A DNA stretch of 64,000 bases from Parcubacteria bacterium DG_74_1 (lineage in GTDB: Bacteria > Patescibacteriota > Minisyncoccia > Minisyncoccales > DG-74-1), in the NCBI GenBank assembly GCA_001303125.1, contig LJNE01000002.1, positions 35,564 through 99,563 on the forward strand. Reading direction: 5' to 3'. Positions 47,830-58,800 of the stretch are shown here, piece after piece. How positions within the stretch are numbered: the first letter of the stretch is position 1; every line of letters begins with the position of its first letter. The translations under genes and the position numbers were made by a program. The notes below the pieces were generated by a model. That model did not search any database and was not told the DNA's origin. It saw only the letters and a list, made by a program, of their open reading frames with translations.

Positions 47830-49086
47830 TTATTCACTTCTCTCTTCCAGAATCACTTCAATATTTCTCTCCTCGCTGTCACGAAGAATTTTTAAAACTA
47901 CTCGATCGCCAGGATCATATCTGACAATTATTTTGGCCAAAGTATTGTCGGTGGTAATTTTTTCGCTATTAAATTCTAAAATAATATCTCCTTCTTTTAG
48001 TCCTGCTTTCTCTGCAGCTGAATTCGGGAAAATTGCTGGTTCGCCCAATGTTCCTTTCTGAGCCCAAGCACCGTAATTTACCGGCAAATTGTTTTCTTCT
48101 TGTATTGTTTCGTTAATAACAACATATCTTACACCCAAAAACGGGTAAACAATTTTACCCAATGTTTTTACCTGCTCTATGCCCTTCTTGGCTTTATTAA
48201 TCGGAATAGCAAAACCGATATTTTCTCCACCAACCACCGTAGCACTATTAATTCCGATAACTTCTCCTTTCAGGCTCAAAAGCGGCCCCCCGGAATTTCC
48301 CTGATTAATAGCGGCGTCAGTTTGAATAACGTCTTCCAGGGTTTCAACCAAGCCGCCGCCAGAAGCGGTAATAGTTCTTGCTAAGCCGGAAATTACTCCG
48401 ACCGAAATCGAGTTTTGAAATTCTCCCAAAACATTACCGATGGCAATGACTGTCTGGCCGATTTGCAAACCACCTGAGTCGCCGAGTTCGACGGTCGGAA
48501 AGGGCTCTTCCGATTCAATTCTTATTACAGCCAAATCCTGAACCGGGTCTCGGGCTAAAACCTCGGCCGGAAAAGTTCTTCCGTCGTTGGTCAAAACAGT
48601 ATAATCAGCATCGTCACTCAGTACAACGTGCTTATTAGTCAAAATCATTCCGTCTCCAGAAACAATAAAACCCGACCCTCCGCCAACTTCCTGTTTTTCG
48701 ATTCTTTTCTGTAAGGGAACATCTTCAAAAGGAGTAAAATAATACTGTTCAACATATTCGGTAATGATAATACTGACTACCGCTCCGGAAACTTCATTAA
48801 CCGCATTAATAATTGCCTCCTCCTGAGTGGTTTGAGGAAGATAAACCGGTTCTTTTTCCAAAATTGTTTCCTTTTCAACTGTGCTTGGCTCAGGAATCTC
48901 AATGCTCAATTCCGCAAGTTGATTTTTAATTTCGGCGTAAAAATAGTTTCCGGTAATCAATCCGCCTATTCCGCCAAAAATAAAAGCACCGAGTAAGAAT
49001 AAAAAGATATTAAAAGCTCGACCCTTGGGAAACCCTGGTTTTTTAAATCCTGGCGGTTCAAATTTTGGTAATTCGTAAATTGGCAT
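47830..49086 (-). CDS. htrA: HtrA/DegP-family serine protease with PDZ domain
   Basis: Catalytic triad context TNKHVV, DLAVIRI, GNSGGPLL; C-terminal PDZ. Confidence 0.9.
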   Translation of the reverse strand: MPIYELPKFEPPGFKKPGFPKGRAFNIFLFLLGAFIFGGIGGLITGNYFYAEIKNQLAELSIEIPEPSTVEKETILEKEPVYLPQTTQEEAIINAVNEVSGAVVSIIITEYVEQYYFTPFEDVPLQKRIEKQEVGGGSGFIVSGDGMILTNKHVVLSDDADYTVLTNDGRTFPAEVLARDPVQDLAVIRIESEEPFPTVELGDSGGLQIGQTVIAIGNVLGEFQNSISVGVISGLARTITASGGGLVETLEDVIQTDAAINQGNSGGPLLSLKGEVIGINSATVVGGENIGFAIPINKAKKGIEQVKTLGKIVYPFLGVRYVVINETIQEENNLPVNYGAWAQKGTLGEPAIFPNSAAEKAGLKEGDIILEFNSEKITTDNTLAKIIVRYDPGDRVVLKILRDSEERNIEVILEERSE

Positions 49087-49090
49087 AATG

Positions 49091-50509
49091 TTATAAACTT
49101 AATTCTTGGTGAATCTTTTCTGTTACTGGAATGCCTACCTTTTCAAAAATTTCTAAGGCCTTTTTTTCTATTTCAATTAAGTCTTCTTTAGTATCGCCTT
49201 CAAACCGACATTTTATGTATGGGGTGGTATTAGCCGCTCGCGCTAAGGCCCAACCGTTTGGAAAATTAATTCTTGCTCCGTCAATATCAATAAAATCGTA
49301 ATTATTTTCTCTAAGATAATCCTGTAAATTCTTAATAATTTTAAACTTCGCCTCGTCAGTGGTATCTATAAAAACCTCGGGGCTGGCATAATAGCGAGGC
49401 AAATTATCAACATATTCAGCAAGATCTTTCTGTTTAGAGGCAATTTCAGCTAATTTTAAAGAAGCAAAGATAGCATCGTCGCAAAGATAATAATCAAGAG
49501 GAAAAAGAAAATGTAAAGTAATTTCTCCTCCGAAAACGGCACCGGTTTCAATAATCTTATTGATAACTGCGTTATGATGAGAAACAGAAAAATAAGTTTC
49601 AACTCCCTGTTTTTTCATCTCATCTAAAAAGGCTTTAGAAACCCTCATATCATGAACAACGGGGCCCTTTTTATTTTGGAGGACCTGTCTGGCTAGCATC
49701 AAAAGACAGGAGTCACCGCTAACAACATGACCTCGGTTATCTAACACCCCTATTCTATCACCGTCACAATCATAAACGAATCCTATATCTGCTTTTCGTT
49801 TCAAAACTTCCTTTTTGGCATCTTCAAGATTTTCTTCTTCATACGGGTCCGGTAAATGATGAGGGAAGGTGCCGTCAAAGTCGCCATAAAGAGTTTTTGT
49901 CTGACAACCAAGCTTCTGAAAAATTTTTTCGGGTAAAAATCCGGTTGCCCCATTACTAGAGTCAATAACAATCTTTAATGGCCTTTTAAAATTAGTCCTA
50001 CCGGTGACATAATCTAGGTAGTCCTGAGAAGGATTGAGGGCAGTAATTTTACCTTTTTGGAAAGACGTTTTTGTTCCTTTGTTTTTGAGAACTAACTCTT
50101 TCAGTTTTTCTAAATCTTTACCGATAACGTCTTCTGAAGTTTCTTCACCTGGTTTTTTAACGTGGAGAGTTAAACCATTGTGTTCTTTTGGGTTATGAGA
50201 ACCGCTTACCATAATGCCACCATCAAGCTGATAATGGAAGATTGAAAAATAAAATAGAGAATCTGGCGCAATATTAATATCAATCACCTCTTTACCAATC
50301 TCTACTAAGGCTTTTCTGACAGCTTTAGCCAAAGAAGGAGAGCTTAGTCTTGGATCTCGGGCAACAACTATTTTTTGGGCCTGAGAATATAAATCCCCAA
50401 AAGCTTTGGCAATCCGATAAGCTACCTCTTCATTTAAATTAGTAGGATAAATTCCTCGAATATCGTAAGCTCGGAAAATATTAGAATTAATCTTGCTTTC
50501 CATATACAT
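49091..50509 (-). CDS. Phosphoglucomutase/phosphomannomutase (alpha-D-phosphohexomutase)
   Basis: Active-site MVSGSHNP; sugar-binding loop. Confidence 0.85.
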   Translation of the reverse strand: MYMESKINSNIFRAYDIRGIYPTNLNEEVAYRIAKAFGDLYSQAQKIVVARDPRLSSPSLAKAVRKALVEIGKEVIDINIAPDSLFYFSIFHYQLDGGIMVSGSHNPKEHNGLTLHVKKPGEETSEDVIGKDLEKLKELVLKNKGTKTSFQKGKITALNPSQDYLDYVTGRTNFKRPLKIVIDSSNGATGFLPEKIFQKLGCQTKTLYGDFDGTFPHHLPDPYEEENLEDAKKEVLKRKADIGFVYDCDGDRIGVLDNRGHVVSGDSCLLMLARQVLQNKKGPVVHDMRVSKAFLDEMKKQGVETYFSVSHHNAVINKIIETGAVFGGEITLHFLFPLDYYLCDDAIFASLKLAEIASKQKDLAEYVDNLPRYYASPEVFIDTTDEAKFKIIKNLQDYLRENNYDFIDIDGARINFPNGWALARAANTTPYIKCRFEGDTKEDLIEIEKKALEIFEKVGIPVTEKIHQELSL

Positions 50510-50527
50510 ATATTATATGATGTTTTT

Positions 50528-51412
50528 ATGAGCTTTTCAATCGGTATTGTTGGATTACCTAATGCCGGCAAATCCACCCTCTTCAAAGCTTTGACCAAAA
50601 AACCGGTTGATATAGGCCCCTATCCCTTTACCACTATTCACCCCAATGTCGGAATAGTCCAAGTTCCTGACGAAAGATTGGAAAAAATCGCCGAGACAAT
50701 AAAACCAGAGAAGGTCACCCCCACCATTATTGAATTTATTGATATTGCCGGTTTAGTAAAGGGTTCCCATAAAGGCGAGGGTTTGGGTAACCAGTTTTTG
50801 GCTCAGATTAGAAATTGTGATGCTATTTTAGAGGTAGTCAGGGTTTTTGAAGACCCGCGGGTTAAAAACACCACCGGCAAGATTGATCCGGCCAGCGACA
50901 TTGAAACAATAAAAATTGAGTTGGAACTGAAAGATATGGAATCAAAAGAGAAAGAAAATCTTCTGGGCAAAAAACCGGTTATCTATCTTTTGAATATTAA
51001 CGGTAAAACTTCCTATCAAGCGCCGGGAAATGAACATTTAGCCATAAACCTTAAAGATGAGGCCGAAATGTTTGAATTATCAGAGGCAGAAAAGAAAGAA
51101 TTAGAAATGAAATCTCAGCTTGACCGATTAATTCTCAGCTGTTACAATGTTCTTGATTTAATTACTTTTTATACGATAACCGGCGGTAAGGAAACGCGCG
51201 CCTGGACAATGAAAAAAGGCCTTACCGCTCCTGATGCCGGTGGAGTGGTTCATACCGACTTTAAAGAAAAATTTATCCGGGCTGAGGTAGTTAACTGGCA
51301 GAAATTAGTAGAAGCTGGTAGCTGGAAAGAAGCTAGGGAACGGGGCTGGATTCAGACAGTCGGCCGAGATTACATAGTTAAAGACGGCGACGTAATAGAG
51401 TTTAAAATATAA
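50528..51412 (+). CDS. ychF: Ribosome-binding ATPase YchF (Obg-family, compact)
   Basis: G1 GIVGLPNAGKSTLF; C-terminal TGS-like domain. Confidence 0.85.
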   Translation: MSFSIGIVGLPNAGKSTLFKALTKKPVDIGPYPFTTIHPNVGIVQVPDERLEKIAETIKPEKVTPTIIEFIDIAGLVKGSHKGEGLGNQFLAQIRNCDAILEVVRVFEDPRVKNTTGKIDPASDIETIKIELELKDMESKEKENLLGKKPVIYLLNINGKTSYQAPGNEHLAINLKDEAEMFELSEAEKKELEMKSQLDRLILSCYNVLDLITFYTITGGKETRAWTMKKGLTAPDAGGVVHTDFKEKFIRAEVVNWQKLVEAGSWKEARERGWIQTVGRDYIVKDGDVIEFKI

Positions 51413-51414
51413 TT

Positions 51415-51735
51415 GTGAGATATTACGAATTAACCATTAACACTAAAGAAGCAGATTCCCTTTTAGAAAGGGTGGTTTCTTATCTTCCAAGTCCGCCCGC
51501 CCAGCAACAAAAACAAACTTCTTTTCTAACTTTGGAGTTTTATACGGAACCGGAAAAAATTAAAGAACTAGAAAAAAAGCTCAAAGAAGACTCTTTAAGG
51601 TATATAATTCTAGCCAAAGAGCCGCCCAAAAAAACCCTCGCTAAACCAATAAGAAAAATAGGAAAGACCGCCAAGCCTAAAGTAGAATTGAAGGAAATAG
51701 AAAAAAAGTTAGAAGAGATATTAGAAGAACCCTAA
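51415..51735 (+). CDS. rpsF: 30S ribosomal protein S6 (divergent)
   Basis: MRYYEL start, about 100-aa size, and conserved rpsF-ssb-rpsR synteny. Confidence 0.65.
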   Translation: MRYYELTINTKEADSLLERVVSYLPSPPAQQQKQTSFLTLEFYTEPEKIKELEKKLKEDSLRYIILAKEPPKKTLAKPIRKIGKTAKPKVELKEIEKKLEEILEEP

Positions 51736-51762
51736 AGGTCGGAAAAAATAAAAAAGCATCAA

Positions 51763-52200
51763 ATGAATCTTAATAAAGCTATTTTAATTGGAAGATTAAC
51801 TCGCGATCCGGAAATGCGCTCCTTACCTTCTGGTCAACCGGTAGCTTCTTTTGGATTAGCCACTAATCGGGTTTTTGTTGGAAAGGACGGCCAGAAACAA
51901 GAACAAGTTGAATTTCACAACATTGTTCTTTTCGGAAGACTGGCGGAAATTGCTGCCCAGTACTTAAAAAAGGGGGCTCTGGCGATGATTGAAGGAAGAA
52001 TCAGAACTAGAAATTGGCAAGACAGCCAAGGAAGTCAACGCTCGCGCACTGAGATTGTAGCTGAAAGAATGCAATTGGGTCCTCGAGCAGCAGGCAGGGT
52101 CATACCACCAACCGAACCAGAAAAGGAAAATCCGCCAACAGAAGAAATACCAATTATCGAAGAAGAAGGAGAAATTAACGTAAAAGATATCCCCTTTTAG
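51763..52200 (+). CDS. ssb: Single-stranded DNA-binding protein
   Basis: OB-fold AILIGRLTRDPEMRSLPSGQPVASFGLATNR; acidic C-terminal tail ending DIPF. Confidence 0.9.
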   Translation: MNLNKAILIGRLTRDPEMRSLPSGQPVASFGLATNRVFVGKDGQKQEQVEFHNIVLFGRLAEIAAQYLKKGALAMIEGRIRTRNWQDSQGSQRSRTEIVAERMQLGPRAAGRVIPPTEPEKENPPTEEIPIIEEEGEINVKDIPF

Positions 52201-52373
52201 TTTTTAGAACCTTCCTATATTGGAAAGGGGCCGGAGAAAAATTTCGGTTGCCGAGTTGCACAAGCAACAAGGCGCTCGCTGAAGGCATTATTTTATCTTG
52301 CGCTCCACTTCATTCAGTTTCAAAAGAGCGGACAAATATATTACTCATGAACGACTAATTTTTTATTACCACT

Positions 52374-52571
52374 ATGCCTTGTTTTTTTTGTCAAAGAAAC
52401 ATTAAAGAAATTGATTTTAAAGACACTGAGCTTTTAAAAAAGTTTCTTTCTGGTTTAGGTAAAATTAAGGCAAAAAAAAGAACCCGAGTCTGCTCGAGTC
52501 ACCAGAGAAAGTTAGCTCGGGCAATAAAACGGGCCCGGAATTTAGGACTGCTTTCTCATATTGTCAAATAG
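52374..52571 (+). CDS. rpsR: 30S ribosomal protein S18
   Basis: [15 protein letters not shown] motif; C-terminal 30 nt overlap the recA 3' end. Confidence 0.85.
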   Translation: MPCFFCQRNIKEIDFKDTELLKKFLSGLGKIKAKKRTRVCSSHQRKLARAIKRARNLGLLSHIVK

Positions 52572-53546
52572 GTTTTTCTTCATTCTATCGGCAATTTCCG
52601 GATTTTCTTTTAAAAAGATCTTGCTCGCCTCCATCCCTTGACCCAATTTAGTACTTTCAAACTGAAGCCAACTGCCGGCTTTTTTTATTATATCCAATTT
52701 CAGGCCGGTATTGATAAGGTCGGCCAGCCGGGAAATTCCTTCATTGTAATAAATATCAAATTCGGTCGTTTTGAAGGGGGCGGCCACTTTATTTTTGACA
52801 ATTTTGGCTTTTACCCTATTGCCGACAACCTCCTCTCCCTTTTTTATCTGGGCGGCTCGTCTCAAATCAATTCTTACTGAAGCGTAAAACTTCAGGGCTA
52901 ATCCTCCTGGCGTGGTTTCCGGATTACCAAACAAAATTCCCACTTTCATTCTCGTCTGATTAAGAAAAATGACTACGGTCTTTGTTTTAGAAATAATCCC
53001 GGAAAGCTTACGCAGCGCTTGCGACATTAAACGCGCTTGAAGACCAATTTGGAATTCACCCATTTCGCCGGCAATTTCCGCCTGAGGAACTAGGGCTGCT
53101 ACCGAATCAATAACAATAACATCAACCTCGCCCGACTTGACTAGGGTTTCAACGATTTGTAAGGCCTGCTCACCCGAATCGGGTTGAGAGATTAATAAAT
53201 CATCGATATTAACTCCAATTTTTTTAGCGTAATCTGGGTCTAAAGCGTGCTCGGCATCGACAAAAGCAGCTACCCCAGATTTTTTCTGAGCCTCGGCACA
53301 GATATGGAGGGCTAATGTACTTTTGCCGGAACTCTCTGGGCCGTAAATCTCAATTACTCGACCTCGCGGCACGCCGCCAACTCCTAAGGCCATATCAAGA
53401 GAAATGGAACCCGTGGGAATAATATCAACGTCAACCGGTCTGGCTTCTCTCAATTTCATTATGGCTCCTTCGCCAAAACGCTGCTTAATTTCCGAAACTG
53501 CTTCTTGCAAATCGCTCTCCTCTGTTTTTTCTTTTCTCTTTGCCAT
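52542..53546 (-). CDS. recA: Recombinase RecA
   Basis: Walker [10 protein letters not shown]; L1/L2 loop regions. Confidence 0.95.
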   Translation of the reverse strand: MAKRKEKTEESDLQEAVSEIKQRFGEGAIMKLREARPVDVDIIPTGSISLDMALGVGGVPRGRVIEIYGPESSGKSTLALHICAEAQKKSGVAAFVDAEHALDPDYAKKIGVNIDDLLISQPDSGEQALQIVETLVKSGEVDVIVIDSVAALVPQAEIAGEMGEFQIGLQARLMSQALRKLSGIISKTKTVVIFLNQTRMKVGILFGNPETTPGGLALKFYASVRIDLRRAAQIKKGEEVVGNRVKAKIVKNKVAAPFKTTEFDIYYNEGISRLADLINTGLKLDIIKKAGSWLQFESTKLGQGMEASKIFLKENPEIADRMKKNLFDNMRKQS

Positions 53547-53609
53547 ATTTTTATACTAGCAGTAAATTTTTAAATTCTCAATTTTAAATTTGGGTCTAAA
53601 AATTTTTTG

Positions 53610-55766
53610 TTATACTTTCTCCCATTCTCCGTCCTCTTCGTCGGTCTTGATATAAACCTCTCTTGGCTTGGCCCCCTCACCAGGGCCTACTACCCCCCTT
53701 TCTTCCAAAATATCAATTAATCTGGCTGCTCGAGCATAACCAATCCTTAGTCTTCTTTGTAAAAGAGAGGCTGAGGCCTTTCTGGCCTCCTTAACTACTC
53801 TTTTCGCTTCTTCATACAAAGGATCTTCGCCGGTTTCAAATTCAGTCCCTCCTTTTCCTTGAAAAAAAGATAAGGTATCTCCTTCTTCCAGGACTTCTTC
53901 GGTCAAAGATGGATAAGAAGAATCTAAGGAAGTGGTAACTTTTGTTTCTAGCCAACTGACCACCTTCTTGACCTCTCTTTCTGAAACATAGGCGCCTTGA
54001 ATCCTTTTTGGCTTGGTAATTTCAGCTGAAATAAAAAGTAGGTCTCCCGAGCCCAAAAGTTTTTCAGCTCCGGCCATGTCTAAAACCGTTCTTGAATCAA
54101 CTTGACTGGCAACTTGGAAAGTAATCCGGGAAGTAATATTCGCCTTAATTAGACCGGTAATGACCTCGACGGATGGTCTTTGGGTAGCAACCACTAAATG
54201 GATACCGACGGCCCTGGCCATCTGGGCCAATCTGACAATCCCCGCTTCCACCTCTCTTCCTCGGGCGGCCATCAAATCAGCCAACTCATCAATAATTAAA
54301 ACGATATAAGGAACAGAAGGCTCACCTTCTCTCAGGGCTTTCTCGTTGTAACTAATAATGTCTCGGGAGCCGTTGACAGACAGCATATCAAACCTTCTTT
54401 CCATTTCAGATATCAGCCATTTTAGGGCACTTACCGTTTTTTGGGCGTCGAAAATAACCGGAGACAGAAGATGGGGTAACTCTTTATAGATTGAGAACTC
54501 CACTCGTTTGGGGTCAATTAAAATAAATCTCAAACTTTCCGGAGAATTGCGATAAAGCAAAGAAAGAATCATACTGTTTAAGAATATTGTCTTACCCGTA
54601 CCCGTACTACCAGCTACTAATAAATGGGGCATCCGACCCAAGTCAGCATAAACCGGATTACCCGAAACATCTCTCCCCAAGACCAAAGCCAAATCAGAAA
54701 GAGAGCTTTGAAACTGAGGAGCAGCAATTAATTCTCTTAATCTAACCTGAGCTCGGATTCGATTGGGAATTTCAATGCCAACCAAGGGTTTACCGGGAAT
54801 TGGTGCTTCTATCCGGATGGGATGACTAGCTAAAGCCAAGGCTAAATCATTCGAAAGTGTGGTAATTTTTGACAACTTTATGCCGTCGGCCGGCTTGAGG
54901 GTATACTGGGTAACGGTTGGGCCGACATTAATTCCTGACATCTCTACTGGAATCTCAAAATTCTCCAGGGTTTTCTTAATAATGGCTGAGTTAATTCTGA
55001 TATCGCCGGCAGTTGGTTTCTCCTTCTCTGAGTCTAACAATTCCAGGGGCGGACGTTGATATTCTCCCCTAAAGCTTTTGGTGACTGAATTAATTGGCTG
55101 GGCTTTTAATTCTAGAGAAGGCTCAGTAATAATTTCTTTTTCTTTCTTGATTTCTCCGACATCAGCCGGAGGCAACGGCTCAACTTCTTTTATTTTAAAA
55201 GAGGGGGCAAAAATTTTTTTGATTAAACTTGGCTTAGCCGGCGCTTCTGTTTTCGCTTTCTCAGCTTCAGCGGAAAAGCTGGCCGGCCGCTTTAATAAAT
55301 GCCAGAAAATTAAACAGGAAATCAAAATTACTCCAGCAAAAATAATTAGGCTAACCCAAAAGCCAAAAAATCGGAAAAGAAAGTGGGCTGTTAAGTAACC
55401 CAGCCAGCCACCCTCCTTCAAATCTAATTCTAGAATGCCAAAGATGCCACTAAATCCCAAAATGAAGAGTAAAACAGCTAAAATTAAGGCAAAAAGAAAT
55501 TTTTTATACCTTACCAAGAAGAAAGTCAAACCAGTCAGTACCAAGACTAAGGGCAAAAGAAAAACCGTTCTGCCGATTGATAAGTTGAACCCGGCAAAAA
55601 TACTACTGCCTACCCAACCAGCTTGTTCAATAAAACTCAAAGCAACGATTACCGCCAGTAAAAAAGTTACCACTCCGCCAATTTTCCTTTTGATTTCTTC
55701 GGGTAAGGCAAAACGGCCGAGCTTTTTTGACTTCTCAATAATTTTCTTTTTATTTCTTTTCCCCAT
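53610..55766 (-). CDS. ftsK: DNA translocase FtsK/SpoIIIE
   Basis: N-terminal TM helices; motor GSTGTGKT; C-terminal winged-helix gamma domain. Confidence 0.9.
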   Translation of the reverse strand: MGKRNKKKIIEKSKKLGRFALPEEIKRKIGGVVTFLLAVIVALSFIEQAGWVGSSIFAGFNLSIGRTVFLLPLVLVLTGLTFFLVRYKKFLFALILAVLLFILGFSGIFGILELDLKEGGWLGYLTAHFLFRFFGFWVSLIIFAGVILISCLIFWHLLKRPASFSAEAEKAKTEAPAKPSLIKKIFAPSFKIKEVEPLPPADVGEIKKEKEIITEPSLELKAQPINSVTKSFRGEYQRPPLELLDSEKEKPTAGDIRINSAIIKKTLENFEIPVEMSGINVGPTVTQYTLKPADGIKLSKITTLSNDLALALASHPIRIEAPIPGKPLVGIEIPNRIRAQVRLRELIAAPQFQSSLSDLALVLGRDVSGNPVYADLGRMPHLLVAGSTGTGKTIFLNSMILSLLYRNSPESLRFILIDPKRVEFSIYKELPHLLSPVIFDAQKTVSALKWLISEMERRFDMLSVNGSRDIISYNEKALREGEPSVPYIVLIIDELADLMAARGREVEAGIVRLAQMARAVGIHLVVATQRPSVEVITGLIKANITSRITFQVASQVDSRTVLDMAGAEKLLGSGDLLFISAEITKPKRIQGAYVSEREVKKVVSWLETKVTTSLDSSYPSLTEEVLEEGDTLSFFQGKGGTEFETGEDPLYEEAKRVVKEARKASASLLQRRLRIGYARAARLIDILEERGVVGPGEGAKPREVYIKTDEEDGEWEKV

Positions 55767-55790
55767 TTCTCTTCTATTCTAACACAAAAA

Positions 55791-55890
55791 GATACTTATA
55801 GATACCTGTAAAGTCTGACTGCGATACTTACAGCAGATATTAACTGCAATAAGTATCGCGGACGGCAACGAACAAATATCAATAAGTATC
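55791..55890. promoter_or_regulatory. Dyad-symmetric array of four GATACTTA/TAAGTATC half-sites upstream of ftsK
   Basis: GATACTTA at 55791-98 and 55823-30; TAAGTATC at 55850-57 and 55883-90. The inner pair forms a 16-bp imperfect palindrome GCGATACTTACAGCAG-N7-CTGCAATAAGTATCGC. The outer pair is mirror-symmetric about the same centre (about 55840). Confidence 0.55.
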
Positions 55891-55898
55891 AAGCAATA

Positions 55899-58800
55899 TC
55901 AGTCGGTTTTCCTAAAGCCAGTTCCTGCCGGAATTAGCTTTCCAATAATCACATTTTCTTTTAATCCTCTCAATTTATCTTCCTTGCCTTCGATGGCTGC
56001 CTTAATCAAAACTCGCGAGGTCTCTTGAAAAGAAGCGGCTGATAAAAAGGAATCAGTAGTCAAAGCCACTCGGGAAATGCCAAGCAAAATCGGGGCCCCC
56101 TTAGCAGGTTTTTTCTTTTCCTTCTTTAACCTGGCATTTTCTTCTAAAAATTTTGCTTTCTCAACGACCTCGCTGGCCGTGAAAAAGGAGTCACCAGGCT
56201 CTTTAACTCTGATTCGGGAAAATATCTGCCGAACTATTAGTTCTAGGTGTTTGTCATGAATCTGGGCTCCCTGAGAAATATAAATCGTCTGGATTTCCTT
56301 AATCATATACCGCCAACTTTCTTCTATGCCCGCTAACTTAAAAACTTCTTTCAGGTCTAAGCTTCCTTCGCAAAGCGGTTGGCCGGCTTTCACCTTTTGA
56401 CCTTCTTTAACCCAAATGGCGCAGGGAGCGGGAATTTGATATTCAAGAATTTCAGTTTTGCGCTTTTTTGATACCTTCGCCGATGAGTCGGATTTCTTAG
56501 GTTTTATTTTTACTATCTTTTGAGGAGTGATCTCAACTACCGTTCCTTCGGCTGCAGCTATTTCCGCCTTGCCTGAAGGTGTCCTGGCTTCAAAAATTTC
56601 CTGAACTCTAGGCAAGCCGAAAGTAATATCACCTCCGCCAGCTACTCCACCTGCATGGAAAGTTCTCATAGTCAATTGAGTTCCCGGTTCGCCAATTGCC
56701 TGAGCAGCAACAATTCCGACTGCCTCGCCGACTCTAACTAATTTATTATATCCTAAATCCCAGCCGTAACATTTTTGGCAGACCCCTCTTAAGGATTGAC
56801 AACTTAAAACCGAGCGGACCTTTATTTTTTCCAATCCTTTTTTAATTATTTTTTCTCCTTTTTCCCAGTCAATAACTTCTCCTTTCTTCAAAACACCTCG
56901 AATATCTTCAAGAGAAACTCGGCCAATTATTTTTTCTAAAAAATTCTGGCCAATTTCGTCTGCATCCCGTTTGAAAATCTCAATTCCGTTTTCTGTCTTA
57001 CAATCTTCTTCTGAAATGACTATTTCATGAGCAACGTCAACTAACCTTCGGGTTAAATAACCAGCTGTGGAAGTTCGCAGGGCAGTGTCGGCCGTTCCTT
57101 TTCTAGCGCCATGAGTTGAGATAAAGTATTCCAAAACACCAAATCCTTCTTTATAAGAATTTTTGACCGGCAACTCAATAATCTGGCCTAAGGGATTAAT
57201 CACCAATCCTTTCATTCCGGTCATCTGAACCGGCTGGCCCCAGCTACCTCGGGCTCCGGCATCAACGATTTGAAAAACTGGCCCATCTGGAGGCAGGGTT
57301 TCAGGGACCTGAATTTCAATCTCGCTTTTGGCTTTTGTCCAAATGCCGATGATCTTAGCTTGTTTCTCTTCTTCGGACAACAATCCTTTTTTGAAATGTT
57401 CTTCAATTTTTTCGACTTCTTTTTCCGCTTCTTTTATAATCCTTTCTTTCTCAGCCGGAATTATCAGGTCGTCTATCCCCCAAGATATACCGGAAACCGT
57501 CGCATATTCAAATCCCAGGTCTTTAATTTTATCCAAGGTTTCTTCCAGGATCCGAGGGTCATATTTCTCAATTATTTCGGCTACGATTGCTTCTATGTCC
57601 CGAACCCGAATTTGTTTATTTTGAAAAGGAAAATTACTCGGCAGGGCCTGATTAAATAAAATTCTTCCGACGCTCGTTTCGTATAATGGCTCGTCTATAG
57701 ATTTAATCTTTGCGCATTTTATTTTAGCTCGTAAGTCAATGTCGCCGAATTCATAAGCCAAAATCGCTTCTTCCGGGCTGGCAAAAACCTTTCCTTCTCC
57801 TTTAAGCCCTCCTTCTTTAAGCTTCCTTTTGCCTTCAATAGTCCGAGTATCAGCGAGAGCAGGAAAAGATAATTTATCCTCTTCGAGTATCCTAGTCATC
57901 CAATAACAACCAAGGACAATATCTTGATAAAGAGTAACAACTGGTGTGCCAGTAGCCGGCTTCAATAAGTTTAAGCTGGCCAACATTCTCTCTCTAGCTT
58001 CCTTTTGAGCCATCTCGGATAAGGGTAAATGGACAGCCATCTGGTCGCCGTCAAAATCAGCATTAAAAGACCTACAGACCATAGGATGAATCCGAATTGA
58101 CTCGCCTTCAATCAATATTGGGTAAAATGACTGAATACCTAATCGATGCAGAGTTGGCGCTCGATTAAGCAAAACCAGTTTTTCTTTAACTACTTCTTCT
58201 AAATTTGCCCAAACCTCGTCTGTTTCTTCGTCAATCAGCCGAGAAGCGGCCCGAACATTAAAGGCTAACTCTTTTTCTAAAATCTTTTTGATAACGAAAG
58301 GTTTAAAAAGCTCCAACGCCATTCTTTTGGGAATTCCTACCTGGTTGATTTTTAATTCTGGGCCAACCACAATCACTGACCGGCCGGAATAATCAACTCT
58401 TTTACCTAAAAGGTTTTGGCGGAATCTTCCCTGTTTGCCCTTGAGCATATCGGACAAGGACTTAAGTAACCTTCTCCCGCCAGTGGTAGCCTGAGTCAAG
58501 GTTCCTTTTCTCATACCGTTGTCGATCAAAGCATCCACCGCTTCCTGCAACATCCTTTTTTCATTTCTGACAATTACCTCTGGAGCATTAATTTCTAATA
58601 AATATTTCAGCCGATTATTTCTGTTAATTACCCGACGATATAGATCGTTCAAATCCGAAGAAGCGTACCTACCTCCGTCCAATTGAACCATCGGTCTTAA
58701 ATCCGGCGGCAATACCGGTAAGACAGTCAAAAACATCCATTCCGGCCGGACTCCCGAACGTATCATTCCCTGAAATAATTTTAATCTTCTCAAACTTTTC

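Noticed and set aside
52201-52373. 173-nt gap between ssb and rpsR as a possible ribosomal-protein autoregulatory leader
   Set aside because: Only weak, non-consecutive GC stems (GTTGC/GCAAC, GCGC tracts). No resemblance to the S6:S18 leader, which lies upstream of rpsF, not rpsR. Insufficient evidence.
53547-53609. LexA/Cheo SOS box upstream of recA
   Set aside because: No GAAC-N4-GTTC or CTGT-N8-ACAG dyad. The region contains only an AT-rich putative -10 (TATAAA) close to the start codon.
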